From the human T2T-CHM13v2.0 reference genome, Homo sapiens, in NCBI RefSeq assembly GCF_009914755.1, contig NC_060926.1: 64,000 nt of DNA. One strand, written 5' to 3'. The number at the start of each line of letters is the position of its first letter. The first letter of the stretch is position 1. Shown here piece after piece: positions 18,329 through 32,984 of the stretch. Below the pieces are notes generated by a model. It had not been told where the DNA came from. It saw only the letters and a list, made by a program, of their open reading frames with translations, and made no database searches. The translations under genes were made by a program, and so were the position numbers.

Positions 18329-19305
18329 TTAAGGTTCTTATGGTGATTGAGATACACTGTGCAAGGCTTTTTAACACAATGCCCAGAACATGGCAACACT
18401 CAATAAATACTAGCAAATATCACCACCATTATTTCCATCATTTCACTGAAGACATTTTAACAACAGAAAAATATATATCTTGGCCAAAATGATAGTTTAA
18501 ATTGCATGCATTGAGCTTTTGGAAGTGTCACTCATTGATTCTCTGTTTCTTCAGGGTGGACCTAAGAATCCCTGGATTCAGTGATCTTGGGATTCTTTCT
18601 GCTCTAAGAGGCAACGCTTTTGGGGTTGTTAACAGCCTTGATTAGCAAAGGAATGTTCATGGCCCATGGCTAAAGATAAGTGATAAATCAGGTGCCCTTA
18701 GTGGCCATCCTGAACTTGGATTAGACTCCGACTCTGCACAGAGACCTTTCATGCAGGGCTGGACTATTTCAGGAAATCAGAACCACAGATATGTAATCCT
18801 TCCCTACTCTCCTCCTTGTCTCTGTTGGTGACGTCAGGCTTCAGCTACACTAGCCGTTAACTGAGGTCCGAGGGTCCTGGCCTGGGATCCGGAGCCCCTA
18901 ACTGCCTGTTCTGCCTTCCTGCAAAAGCTGGTTGTTTGGGCCAGTTGGTTTTTGGTTTCTGTGCGGCCACTCCCACCCCCACCCCAGCTCCCTGACCACG
19001 GGCTGCGGAAGAGTGGGACGTTATGGAACCTTCTCAGCTTATTCAGAGAGGCTTCTTCTTCCTATTTAGTCTCCCTCTGGCTTTCCCTGCTGGGATCTGG
19101 GTGGTAGAAGCAGCAGGGGGATCAACGAACAGGCTGAGCGCCAAGAAGCCTGAAGATTCCAGAATCTAGCGGGAAAAGCATTCAGAGTCAGAATGAGTAA
19201 GCAACTTCATCTCCTGGCCTTTACTTTTCTGTAAAACAGAGGCAATTCTATCTCCCTCATGGATGTGATAAAATAATACTTTGACTAGTAATAATAATAT
19301 TCATT

Positions 19306-20240
<935 letters not shown>

Positions 20241-20796
20241 CAGGATGGCTAGCAACAAGCTGATGAAAGTGATTTTGAAATGCATCAGTATATCCCATTT
20301 ACCCAAATAAATGAATCTCCAGGCCAGGCCTACTCCTAACAAATGCATAGCCCAGGACGAGACTAGAAAGGAGGTCCCCTTTTCATATGTTTAAAATAAA
20401 CTCCTGAAAGTCATCAATCACGCTAACAAACCGTTAAATACACTGTGTCCCATCCTTCTACCCTGACAATTTGAAAGGCCAGATTCAAATTTAGAATTCT
20501 CAGAATCCTGGGTTCCATCGGGAATGTGTTGTGTGGGGAAAGCTGGCCCTGCCCCCTGGCTGGCTGCCGGTTCTCCTTCTCCAGGAGGAAGCACTTTGCA
20601 GCCTGAGGGCTGTGGCACGTGTGTGGATAGCCCAGGCTCATGGCTAAGATCGACCATTCCCGTGTACACAGCATTTTGGCAGCCCCTCAGGCCTGGGGTT
20701 GCACACCAGTGTGAGCCGGCCTTTGGGAGGACGTGGGCAGCGGTCCTGACGGGCCCTGGTAGCATGACTGATGTTGGCAAGGGTCTCTGGGCCTGG

Positions 20797-21232
20797 AGTA
20801 TCAATCCAGGTCTTCTGATAAGCAGATCCAGGAATGGAATTGGGGATGCAAGAGGGTTCCTGAGGAGAGACATTTTTGAAAGATAAAAAGTGACAGAGGA
20901 GGGTTGGTTGGGGAAGGCTTCAGATCACAATGCTGATCTGAAATGTGTCGAGGGCAAAAATGGGCAGGGAGAGCCCCACACTGTCCTGGAGATCATTTAC
21001 AATGTGGTCAACCCGATGGGCAGTTCTGGTGCAGACTGCCCATCAGAGGGGTCCTGCTTTGGGCATAGAAAGCTCCCAGCATGCTCACTGCTGGCCGGGC
21101 CGCCCAGGAGGGGCTGTAGTGAATTGTGAAGGGGCTTCAGCTGGATGCTGCCAGCTAACTACTCTCCTTGCCGCTGACCAGCAAGTTCCTTCTGGAAGGG
21201 AGATCTGAGCCACACTCCTCCCTGACTGCCAC
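20797..21232 (-). mobile_element. 3' LTR (LTR16A-like) of ERVL provirus
   Basis: Minus strand gtggcagtcagggag...ctcagatctcccttccagaaggaacttgctg...ttagctggcagcatccagctg matches recalled LTR16A. Confidence 0.8.
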
Positions 21233-23560
21233 GGTGCACAATAGCCAGATTGGCTTTAGTAAGTGGGAGTTCATGCTGCTGGGCCCATATGTCATCTCTG
21301 CTTCTGCCAGTTCATAGCTCATGGCATATGCTAGCTGACATCCGTGGCTGAGCTATTTTGCCTACTTGGCTATTTCGTGCCCCTTTCGTGACTAACGCTT
21401 TCAGGTAGTTGATATATAATGCAAAGATCACCATTCTTTATGTCAATTTCCATATATCCATGAACTGCCTCTCCCCCAGACCTCCTGGTCTCTGATCATT
21501 CATTCTTCTAGGCTGGCCCCTGACCAGTCTGCCAAGTCAGGTGATAAGGTGAACTCTTGCCACTGCCATGAGTTCAGATTTTTTTCACCTTTGGCAAAGA
21601 TTCCTTCCACACAAAGTGCATGACCAGGGACAATGCTGGAATCCCCCTGATCAGAAGGGTTTCCCCTGGCCACTGTCTTTAGCACTCTGTCCCTGAGTGT
21701 CGCTGTAAGGCAGCTGCTCTCCAGTTTCTGCTTGTTTCCGCACACAGCACCCAGCCAAACCATCTGCAAATTAAATTCAGGCCCTTTCTCCACTCTCAGC
21801 CGGGTATAGAAGGCACCCCCGCCCACTCCCACCGACGGGATGGCCATGGGGGTGTGCTGAGGGAGGGGTGATGGTGCAGCTGTGGCAGATGACATGGGGT
21901 CTGGGACACCTGCTCATACAACTTCCTTGTGCTCCCTCACCCCCAGCTCAGGCTTCATCCCAGGTGAACCTTTTCCATCACTCTGTGAGAGCCCAGATCA
22001 TGCTGGGTATTTCTAGATGCATTCACTTAGATCCCCTGGGCAACTCTCCCATTCCCATCAGGGCTCAATAACACACCGAGAGCTGCTTTTCGAAAAGCAT
22101 GTATTCTCTGCTGCAGATGGCATGGCCTTGCTCCGGGCCCCCAGGAGCCTGTGTTGTGATGCTCCCATGGCGGCTTGTCATTAGCTCTACACTGCATCCT
22201 CCTCCACCATTGACACCTCCAGCACCGCAGGGACTGCTGGATCAAATGGCCCAAGCGGCAGGGCTGCCTGCACCACAGCCTGAACCTGCTGCAGGCCCCA
22301 CTCTGCTCTTGGCCACTCAGAGCTGGCAGCCTTCCATGTCACTTACCAGATGGTCTGGAATAGCCTTCGTTAAGTGTGGAGTGTATTGCCTCTAGAACCC
22401 AAGAGGCGTATCAGGCATCGTGCCTCCTTCTTTGCAATAGGGGTTATAAAATGCAGCAATTTGTCTTTTACTTTGGAGAGGATGCCCTGGCATGCCCCTG
22501 ATCACTTCATCCCTAAAAACTTTATTGATATGCCAGTCTCTGAATCTTCATAGAGTTTCTTCCCCACCCTCAAGAGCACATGTACTTTACCAAGTCCTCT
22601 ACAGGCCAGCTACTTCTTTCTCATCCTGCCAAATTAGAAAGATGTCATCAATTTCATGGATCAATATGATGCTCTGTGGGATGCCCAAACAATCCAGATC
22701 TCTCTAGACTATGTTAAGACAGAAAGCAAGTGAGTGAGTCAAAGAGCCCTGGGGCAAAACTGTAAATATGTGTTGTCTGTTCCATGTGAATGCAGAATAT
22801 TTCTGATTCTCTTTTCTGATCAGGATAAAAAAGAATGCACTCATTAAATCAATGGCCGTAGTAATCTGCTCTGGCAAAGATACTACATTGGTCGTGGTAA
22901 CTGGGGCTATTACTATTTGGGTTTGTGGTGGTCCACAGTTCTCCGGGTTCCCTCTGGTTCCTGCAGGGGCCAGTCTGGTCAACTAAATAGAAATACGGGG
23001 GAGACCTCCAGCCATGCCTCCTTGAGTTCCATAAGGGTGGCATTAATCTCTAGCAGCCCCCAGGATGCGATATTGTTTGTATTTTCCTCTCTTGGCTGAG
23101 GTTCAGGGTGGGAGTAGTATCAAGAGTTTTCACTTGGCTTTCCCCAGTATGACAGCTTTTACTCTACAGGCCAAAAACCCAATGTGCGAGTTTTTCCAAT
23201 GCCAATTATACGTTCAGGGACTGAGAAAATGACCTTAGGATGGATCCACAGAGCCAGTGGACCCACTCTCAGCTGGACTTCAGCCAGCACTCGCTTTCTT
23301 CCCTGGCTTTTTGCACGGCCCTACTCTAAGAGATGGGCTAGGAGGAGTCTTCGGATCTCTGGATGTCAATGTCAATTCAGATCTTCAGATAGTCCTTCAA
23401 ATAGCTGAGCAACCCTCTTTCCCCAGCAAAAAGTCACTCTAGTAAATGGTCATAGGTCCTGTTGTTTATCTGAAATCTCTACTTTAAAAACTGTCATGTC
23501 ACAGGATTCTTTCTCCTGGGTACCCAGCCACCTCTTCAGTCAATAGTTCTCCGTTCTGGA
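21233..23560 (-). pseudogene. pol: Degenerate ERVL pro-pol (protease, RT, RNase H, integrase N-terminus)
   Basis: ORF 22704-22982 gives EQITTAIDLMSAFF...QKYSAFTWNRQHIFTVLPQG (ERVL RT); catalytic YIDD seen as HEIDDI at ~22641-22658; RNase H-like FADG/LKDSG near 21650-21780; WAQQHELPLTKANLA near 21243-21290; many stops and frameshifts. Confidence 0.88.
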
Positions 23561-23575
23561 AACCGACTCCAGTCA

Positions 23576-23707
23576 GGGGCTGTGTCTCATGCCTGTAATC
23601 CCAGCTACTCGGGAGGCTGAGTTGGGAGACTCGTTTGAGCCCAGGAGATCGAAACCAACCTGGGCAATGTAGTGAGAGCCCGTCTCAAAAAAAACAAATA
23701 AATAAAA
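23576..23707 (+). mobile_element. Alu monomer (FLAM-like) nested in ERVL
   Basis: Single-arm Alu with A tail. Confidence 0.8.
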
Positions 23708-23780
23708 TGACATTGAGTAAACTAAAAAGTCATATTTTTCAAAAAGCTAACTCCAGTCCAGTTTATATATACACACGTAA

Positions 23781-23782
<2 letters not shown>

Positions 23783-23829
<47 letters not shown>
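23783..23829. repeat. (AC)~23 microsatellite
   Basis: Direct reading. Confidence 0.98.
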
Positions 23830-23830
<1 letters not shown>

Positions 23831-24019
23831 CAGTCCACGTATGGGCCGCCCCTCACTAGCATTGCTGTATTCTGTCAACATCTCCTTCACTCTGGAAGTC
23901 AAGCCCTGTTGGCTGCCACTCCAGCCTTGCCAGTTGTTACAATGGGTGTGACCTTCTGGCTCCCGGCGATTAAGCACTTACCATGTGCCTCTCCTGCTTC
24001 AGGGCACCACGCCAGCCTA

Positions 24020-24900
24020 TAAGCAGCCGCAGGGGTTGAGCCCTGCAGAGCCCCAGAGGCAGAGCTGCCCAAGGCTTTGGGAGCCCACCTCTTGCATCAC
24101 TGTGCCCTGGATGTGAGACGTGGAATCAAGGAGATTATTTTGGAGCTTTAAGACGTAATGGCACCCTGCTGGGTTTCAGACTTGAGTGGAGCCTGCAGCC
24201 TTTCTTTCGGCCGGTTTCTCCCTTTTGGAACGGGAGTATTTACCCAATGCCTGTACCCCCATGGTACGTTGGAAGTAACTAATTGTTTTTGATTTTACAG
24301 GTTCATAGGTGGAAGGGACTAACTAGCCTTGTCTCAGATGAGACTTTGGACTGTGGACTTTTGAGCTAATGCTGGAATGAGTTAAGACTTTGGGGAAGGA
24401 ACAGTTGAGAAGGCATGATTGGATTTTGCAATGTGAGAAGGACATGAGATTTGGGAGCGGCCGGGGTGGAATGATACAGTTTGGATCTGTATGGATCTGT
24501 GTCTCCATCCACATCTCATGTCAAACTGTAATCCTCAATGTTGGCGGAGGAGCCTGGTGGGAGGCGATTGGATCATGGGGGCAGGTTCTCATGAATGCGT
24601 TAGCACCGTCTCCCCAGTGCGGCTCTCATGATAGAGTTCTCACAAGATCTGGTTGTCTAAAAGTGTGTAGCACCTCCTCCCCCTCTCTCTCTCTTCCTCC
24701 TGCTCTGGCATGTAAGACGTGCCCGTGTCCCCTTCCTCCACCACAAGATTGTAAGTTTTCTGGAGCCTCCCCAGAAGCTGAGAAGAAGCTGCTATGCTTC
24801 CTGTTCAGCCTGCAGAACCGTGAGCCAATTAAACCTCTTTTCTTTATAAATTACCCAGTCTCAGGTAGTTCTTTATAGAAGTATGAGAATGAACTAATAA
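24020..24900 (+). mobile_element. 5'-truncated MST (MaLR) element: internal 3' end plus LTR (24472-24900), nested antisense in ERVL
   Basis: MST-int motifs (gagactttggactgtggacttttgagctaatgctggaatgagttaagactttgggg), purine-rich tract, then tgatacagtttgg...attaaacctcttttctttataaattacccagtctcagg. Confidence 0.9.
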
Positions 24901-25405
24901 ACCTGGTCTTAAGCCCCACCCTGATCAACACCCTCCCTGCCTGGACCCCCCTTAGCGCCCACTGGTCTATGGCAGTCCACTCTTGCAGCACCTTTGGGGG
25001 CTCTTGCTTTCCTCCCTTATCAAGCCTAGCCTGTCCCCAGCTGGGTTATGCTGCCATTTAATCCTACTTATTGGCTTTGCAGCCAGGAAAGGAGATGGGG
25101 GCAGATCCTGAGGGGGGCCCTGCTATCGTGTAGGGGAGAGACCTCTACAGGGTGGGGAAAGGGCTGACTCTTGAGAGAAGTGGCAATCCCTGCCAGCACT
25201 GAGGGCTCAGAGGGGTCTTGGGAACCAAAGTCATCAGGGGCATCCGCCACCTGGGTCTTCCCATCAGAGCAATTTCCCAAGTCAGCATCACTGAAAGCAT
25301 AGCAATTGGGTTGCTGTGTCATCCTAGGCACCCCTCTGTGCCTCCCAGACCACCTGGGATGGAGCCCTCATGCTAGCTGATCAAGGTGCCACGCCCTCTC
25401 TTTAT

Positions 25406-25433
25406 TGCTTTCTCAGGCCACTTCCAGCATCGA
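25406..25433 (-). other. Degenerate primer-binding site (tRNA-Leu type) of ERVL provirus
   Basis: Minus strand gatgctggaagtggcctgagaaagca directly after the 5' LTR; resembles ERVL tggtgccaggagtgg. Confidence 0.55.
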
Positions 25434-25434
25434 T

Positions 25435-26241
<807 letters not shown>

Positions 26242-26555
26242 CCTGAGGAGTAGCCTGGAAGAGGGTGAAGCTCCCTTTGGCCCTGTAGACTCCTTGCCCT
26301 TAGGGTAGAAATGCAGCTAGAGAAGGACAAGAGAGGAGCTTCTGAAAGTAGAGGGTGTGCACTGCCCTAGTCCAGGCTGAGGATGTTACTGTGTAGACCC
26401 AGTTCGACTTCCCTTCGGCTAAAGCCCCAAAGAGCCGCATCACCACCCAATACAAGCAGATGTGTGGTGGAAACGAAGTCTGAGTGGGAGATGTGGGCTT
26501 CAGGAATTGTTAAAATATTATATCTTGATTTTTGCATATTTTTTAAAAACATGCT

Positions 26556-26862
26556 GCGCCAGGCACGGTGGCTCACGCCTGTAATCCCAGTACTTTGGGA
26601 GGCCCAGGCGGGCGGATCACGAGGTCAGGAGATCGAGACCATCCTAGCTAACACGGTGAAACCCTGTCTCTACTAAAAATACAAAAAATTAGCCGGGCGT
26701 GGTGGTGGGTGCCTGTAGTCCCAGCTACTCAGGAGGCTGAGGCAGGAGAATGGCATGAACCCGGGAGGCAGAGCTTGCAGTGAGCCGAGATTGTGCCACT
26801 CCACTCCAGCCTGGGAAACAGAGTGAGACTCTGTCTCAAAAAAAAAAAAAAAAAAAAAAAAA
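26556..26862 (+). mobile_element. AluY
   Basis: gagatcgagaccatcctagctaacacggtg, long pure A tail. Confidence 0.95.
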
Positions 26863-27659
26863 CCCAAAACAACAATAACATCAAAAAAACCATGTTAATC
26901 TATTGCTTGAGTCCTCCCAAGGTTGGGGAAGCAGCTCTTCCAAGGGAGGCCTGAAATTTAAGCTGCATTATCTTCGTGATGATTCCATTTCTGCATTAAC
27001 TATTGCTATGGTTTTCATATTGGGTAGTTCCTGTAATTTGAGATCCTTCTTTTTCAGGTGGCAGCTGAGGCTTACTACCCCAGGAAAGGGATGCCACCAG
27101 AGAAGGCAGACAACCAAGATGGCGACTCTCAATTTTTGAGCTCCTAATTTTCTCATGTCAGACATAAGAAAAAAAAATATTTTTTAAAGAAAAAGCTTTA
27201 GGTTGCAAAAATCTAGGCCTTTCAACTTTAAAATCCTATTCTTGCAAGCCTTGGAGAATAAAGCTTATGCATAAACAGTAGATTTGGAAACAGAAATATG
27301 CCTAATTACCCAGAGCCATTCTTTCAATACGCCAGTGATTGTTTAAAGATTCTATAGGCTGGAGTCAATGGCAGGAGGCGGGTGGGAAAAGAGTCAAGAG
27401 GGAGGAGAGAAGAAGCAAGAGGGTTGGGTAGATATTGTCACATGACCCTGAGAGGAGGATTCTGGGTCAAACCCCTAGGGGGTTGTGTGTAATGGAGACT
27501 CCAGATCCATTTGGGAATCTGGCTCCAAAGAAGACTTCACCTTGCCTTCTGAGTGGAGCCCTGAAGTGGCAAGACTCATAGAATTCCCCCACGGGTCCAC
27601 ACAAGAGAGAATGAATAGAGAAGGCTGCGTGCTGGCTGGACCAAGGCAGCCTCGGGTGA

Positions 27660-27752
27660 CACCACCACCACCACCGCCGCTGCCGCCATCGCCATCACCA
27701 CTGCCGCTGCCATCACCGCCACCACCACCACCATCACCACCACCATCACCAC
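27660..27752. repeat. Imperfect (CCA/CCG)n trinucleotide repeat
   Basis: Direct reading; source of the poly-Pro and poly-Val/Ala pseudo-ORFs. Confidence 0.92.
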
Positions 27753-28120
27753 ATTATGGACAATAGCCCAATGTTTCCTGAGTTCCCTAGAGGGTTGAAA
27801 GAGAATAGGACCTAGAGAGATCACATAGTTGGGACAGGCACTCATTAATTTGATCCAATGACAAGAGACCAGATGGGAAGAAGGATGCCTTGAGAGATGT
27901 CAGTGTGCACCCATGGATAGAAGCAGCTGGTGACTGGGTACTTGGGAAGCCACATGGACACACACAAAGCTCCTGGAAGACGTTTTCAAGGAGTTGGGCT
28001 GTGCTGGGATCCAGAACTGGCTGAAGAAACCATGAGCTGACATAAAATTTCTGCCACCTAGCAGAATGGAGGCTCCATTTGGAAATTAAATTATATACTT
28101 AAAAAAACTATAATTGCTTC

Positions 28121-28727
28121 ATTTCTTTTTTTTGAGATGGAGTTTCACTCTTGTTGCCCAGGCTGTAGTGCAATGGCACCATCTCAGCTCACTGCAAACT
28201 CCGCTCCCGGGTTCAAGAGGTGATCCTGCCTCAGCCTCCCGAGTAGCTAGGATTACAGGTGTGCGGCCACCATGTCCCGCTAATTTTGTATTTTCAGTAG
28301 AGACGGGGTTTTACCATGTTGGTCAAGCTGGTCTCAAACTCCTGACCTCAAATGATCCACCCACTTTGGCCTCCCAAAGTGCCAGGATTACAGGCATGAG
28401 CCACTGCGTGAAGCCAAATGCTTCATTTCTTTTTTTCTTTTTTTTTGTTGAGAGGGAGTCTCACTCTGCCGCCCAGGCTGGAGTGCAGTGCCGCAATCTC
28501 GGCTCACTGCAAGCTCCCGCGTTCACGCCATTCTCCTGCCTCAGCCTCCCGAGTAGCTGGGACTACGGGCGCCCGCCACCACGCCTAGCTAATTTTGTTT
28601 TGTACTTTTAGTAGAGCCGGGGTTTCACCGTGTTAGCCAGGACGGTCTCGATCTCCTGACCTCGTGATCCGCCCGCCTGGGCCTCCCAAAGTGCTGGGAT
28701 TACAGGCGTGAGCCACCGCGCCCGGCC
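28121..28727 (-). mobile_element. Two tandem Alus (AluS ~28121-28415, AluY ~28424-28727)
   Basis: Target motif tgcttcatt present three times (28114, 28419, 28728). Confidence 0.93.
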
Positions 28728-28837
28728 TGCTTCATTCCTTATACATCTGAGTTGGCCATCTGAGATTTTGTTTCTACTACACAGCACTACGGCAAGGATT
28801 ACGCGAAACCACCTAGTCCCTAGTATGGTTCCTGCCA

Positions 28838-29299
28838 TGTAATCAGGACACAGCAGATCGCAGCTGGGTATTTTCCATTTTCCTCCGGATCTGCTCTGCA
28901 CCCTTCTCCACTGGCCCTCAGCTGTGGGAAGCTGACCTCATGGACTGCAGGCAATGCGCGTAATTGCCCTATGGGAGGCACCAACAGGAAATGGGAGGGG
29001 CTGGGAGGGAAGAGCTATGAGGTATTCACTCTGTGGGTCTGGCAATGGCTGTGTTTCTCTCAGCTCCTGCCTGGTGGCCCCCTCCTACCGGCAAATCTCT
29101 CACTGAGGTTCTGCCCGCTCTCTCTGCTCCTCCAGGCGTCGGGGTGGCAGGGCATTCCTGCTCTTGCTGGCCTCAGATGCTTCCCTTCTTGTGTACCCTT
29201 AACCTGTGCCCACTTCTGTAAATAGTCCCTTCATTACACTCTTAGGAACTACCTCTTTGGAGAATGCCACTGTTTCCTGCGGGGACCCTAGATGATACA
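28838..29299 (+). mobile_element. ERVL solo LTR, LTR33-like
   Basis: ...ctgtaaatagtcccttcattacactc...tgtttcctgcggggaccctagatgataca terminus. Confidence 0.7.
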
Positions 29300-30239
29300 A
29301 CTGTTATTAGTATTACCTTTAGTTTGAGATCACATCTGATTCTCTGTGTGATCCTGTGGAGTCGGTGACCCTTTCTGAGCCTCAGTTTCTTCATTTCTTA
29401 AATGTGAATCCAATACCCCCAGCTTTCGCTTTCCTACTTCAGAGGGATATTGTGGGAATTAAACGAGTCAATACAGGTGACAATACTCTGGGAAAAAAAT
29501 ACAATTGTGACCCTATTATTAGAATTATTAAAAGTAACAATAGTAGTAAGATTGTTCCTGCCCAGAGATCTCTTCTGATCCCCCTCTCTTCACTCCAGCA
29601 CAATAGCAGTGACTCAGTCTTTGGTCCTTGGCAAAGCCACTGTCCTTTTCTGCAAAGTCTTATGCTGTGGAAAGATGAAACTTTGTGATCAGATACAGCA
29701 CACAATTCTCAGAGCTGCTGCCACCATTTGACAAATGCCACGGGGTTCTAGGCTGTGCTGCAGCCCCTCAGAGCAGACCCAGGCCTGCCCTTGCAACCTC
29801 TGGGCTCTGTTTGCTGCTCACAGAAGACTGCTGAGAACCAGCCTGTGGCCCTGGCTGAAGCCACTGAGCATCCAGGATCCCTCCCACCTGAGTAGCAGGT
29901 GGATAAGGCCTAGCTTAGTGAGAGCTGGTGTGGACTCAGGTTGCTCCAAGCTCCTGGCAGGAAGAAAATTGCTAGTGGGGCATGCATGGCCCGGTGAGCT
30001 GGGATAGCCCCAGAGCGGAGAGCGAGGACAGCAGCCCTGCTGGGGGCAGTTTCACTTTGCTGTGCCTATTTTAAAACAAGAGCATGTCCCTTGAGAGCTT
30101 CTCCTGCCTCTCCTTCCAGCCACTTAATCCATCCGGTGTTTCCACGATCTCCTCTTCCCAATCCAACCCGCCACCAGGCCTGTCAAGGGACACCTGGAGT
30201 AGCAAATCTCATTGGTGGCCTCTGCGTGATCAAGATCTT

Positions 30240-30525
30240 GCCCGGTGTGGTGGCTCACACCTGTAATCCCAGCACCCTGGGAGGCCAAGGCGGGCAGATC
30301 ACCTGAGGTCAGGAGTTCAAGACCAGCCTGGCTAACATGGTGAAACCTCGTTTCTACTAAAAATACAAAAATTAGCTGGGCGTGGTGGCATGTGCCTGTA
30401 ATCCCAGCTACTTGGCAGGAGAATTGTTTGAACCTGGAAGCTGGGGGTTGCAGTGAGCGGAGATTGTGCCACTGCACTCCAGGCCTGGGCAACAGAGCGA
30501 GACTGTCTCCAAAAAAAAAAAAAGT
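30240..30525 (+). mobile_element. AluS
   Basis: Near full-length Alu with a short right-arm deletion and A tail. Confidence 0.93.
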
Positions 30526-31079
30526 TAAAAAAGAGATATGTGGGCCCCCAGTTGTTTAAAATCAGGAGTCAGTACCCCTGGAGCTGCAGAAAGAACTCTC
30601 CTGAATCAGTTTAGGACTATGTTCTGTCGCATGATGCAGAACGGTGCCTACAGTGGGTTCTTTGAACAGCTTTCTCTTTTCTTATTTCTTGCCCCACTTT
30701 CTGCTTGTAAAAAGGCCTAGAGGTAAGCAGCCCTGGACTGTTGCAGCTACTCAAGAAGGTGTGGCCTTTGCTTCCTGGCACTCAGATGGCAGCTGACCTC
30801 TAGGTATGCATCATTCACATCTGAGACAGGAAAGAGAGGGAAGGACCAAGGGTGAGGGGCTAAATGAAACAGCCAGTGAGGTCCACTCCCTTTCAAAAGC
30901 TGACCTGAAGCCTCAACCCAGGACATCACTAGCACATCTGGGTCACATGGGCTTCTACGGTCTGGCCTGGGAATCTAGACCCTCATTAACTGCATGGTAC
31001 CCATTGGGAAGTCTGTTCTAATCCCACACTCAGATCCAGTTGACATTTTTGACATGGACCAGACATCAGATTTGACACG

Positions 31080-31127
31080 TCTGATTATAGTTGATACAGG
31101 GAAATGCCTGTATCAACTATAATCAGA
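31080..31127. repeat. Perfect 21-bp inverted repeat with 6-nt spacer
   Basis: tctgattatagttgatacagg-gaaatg-cctgtatcaactataatcaga. Confidence 0.97.
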
Positions 31128-32079
31128 TTTATCAAGTCCAGCCGTGAGGCTGGACTTTGGAACCTGGGTGGGGTCTGGAGAGGGAGAGAAGGAAGGAGAG
31201 AAATGTAGGTGGAGCAACAGTGTAACAAGGCTGGGGAAAGTTCTGAGACTGATGGCTACTTTCTGAGGTGGTCCCCTACAGTTTCAAAGCTTCCCGGAGC
31301 TCCACCTCTGCTGAGAAACCCCTCACCGAGCTTCCCTTTCTGTCTGGTTCTGTTGAACGCAAACGACATCTGCTTCCCACTCCCTGAAACTTCTCTTCAG
31401 GGTTCCCGTCATTGGCTCAAGCTATGGGAGAGGGCGTGTGAGACCCAGGCCTTCCGGAGGCTTCCAGAGTTAAAGCACTCCCACGGACAGGAGACAGAAC
31501 TGCCTGTGGAGAATTGCATTATAGCCAAGCGCCGGGATATATATTTATCTGTGCCTGACATTCTCATCTCTTTTTAAAGGAAAAGCCACACATTTGGCCA
31601 AAAGATGAAGTGGAAAAAATGTACTGTTGAACAAATATCCAGGATGGTTGCTCAGAATGTATAAAATGATGAACTGTGTGGAAAAATCATGCCTGTGGCA
31701 AATTGTCAGCAGGCTATATTTGGGGGTCCGAATGCAGGGCCCCTGCCAACTGAGTTCACAGAGCCTTAGTGTTTTTCCACTTCTATTTATAGCGATGCAC
31801 ACATTCACACACAAAAAATGCAGGGGACATTGGACTTCGTTTTTAAATGATGAAAATGTTCGAAATGTATCTGGTTTCAGCACGTGAGAGCCGCTCTGCT
31901 GTCTACGATCAGCCTTGCTTACTGAAGAAGGGATTAATCAACGTGGGGAAAACAACGTAATAGGATCCTTTGGGAATCTGAAAGTCTGAAAACAACTTTT
32001 TTCTCTATTTCCTTTTTAAAATGTAATTCACTTCAACAAAACTTTATTGAGCACCAACGATGCAAAATGTTGAAATGGA

Positions 32080-32600
32080 CATCTGATTGTTGTCTCTCAG
32101 CCTCCATTCCTCCTGCCCCTTTTCCAGCAGCCATTGCTTCTAGTTGGAGAACCACGTGTTTCCAGTGAGGGAGATTCTTCTTTCCAGCTTCAGATGTTGA
32201 ACACAAGACCTGGCTTGGCCAATCAGGGCAAGCCATCCCCCTGGGCACAGTGATTGGCTCAGGCCCACCCCGAGCTGGACCAATCAGAGTGAAGAGTGAG
32301 ACTTTGGCCAGGAATGCTGAAACAAAGACTGAGCCTTAGTGTTGGATTTGAAGGAAGAAGCCCCAGGAGCTGCTGAGAGCTGTTTTATAACCATGAGGTG
32401 AGTCAGCCTTCCAATAAGGCTAACTGCAGAAGGTGAATGGAGAGACAGAAATAAACTAGAACCACCAAAATATTTCTTACCTAATGCCATTCTTATTCTG
32501 GGGTTTTCAGCCATGTGAAACTATAAATTCCTCTCATTGTCTAAGTCAGCCGGAGTTAGGTATTTTTGCACTCCCAACCAAAAGCATCCTTGGTGATACA
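32080..32600 (+). mobile_element. Old MaLR LTR (MLT1J/K-like)
   Basis: ggccaatcaggg...gtgattggctcagg...ggaccaatcaga...aaagcatccttggtgataca. Confidence 0.65.
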
Positions 32601-32984
32601 GGATGGATTAGGGTGTACTTCCTGGAGGAAGTGGCGCAGAACCTAAAACTTGAGGATGGGTTGGATTTGGATGGGAGAGGACAAGAATGTCCTGGCGACT
32701 GAACAGTTGCATGTGGCTGGGAGAGGAATGAATCCTATTCCAACGCAGCTGACCCTAGAAACACTGGGCTGGTGAGATCTTGGCATGTAGTGAAGGACAC
32801 ACTAAAGAATTCGGTCTTAATCTTGCAGGCAGTGTTTGTGTGGGTGTGATGGGAGGTTGTTCTCTTCTTTCTCAAATCCCTCCTCAGGTACCAGTTCATT
32901 CATCGCATTCACATTTGCTGTTCACAGCTCAAACTTTATAGCAAGACAAAGCCAGAATGTTCAGGTGAAGAAGCAGAGAATGGC

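Noticed and set aside
27485-27845. Proline-rich or hydrophobic membrane protein ORFs
   Set aside because: Translations of an imperfect CCA/CCG microsatellite
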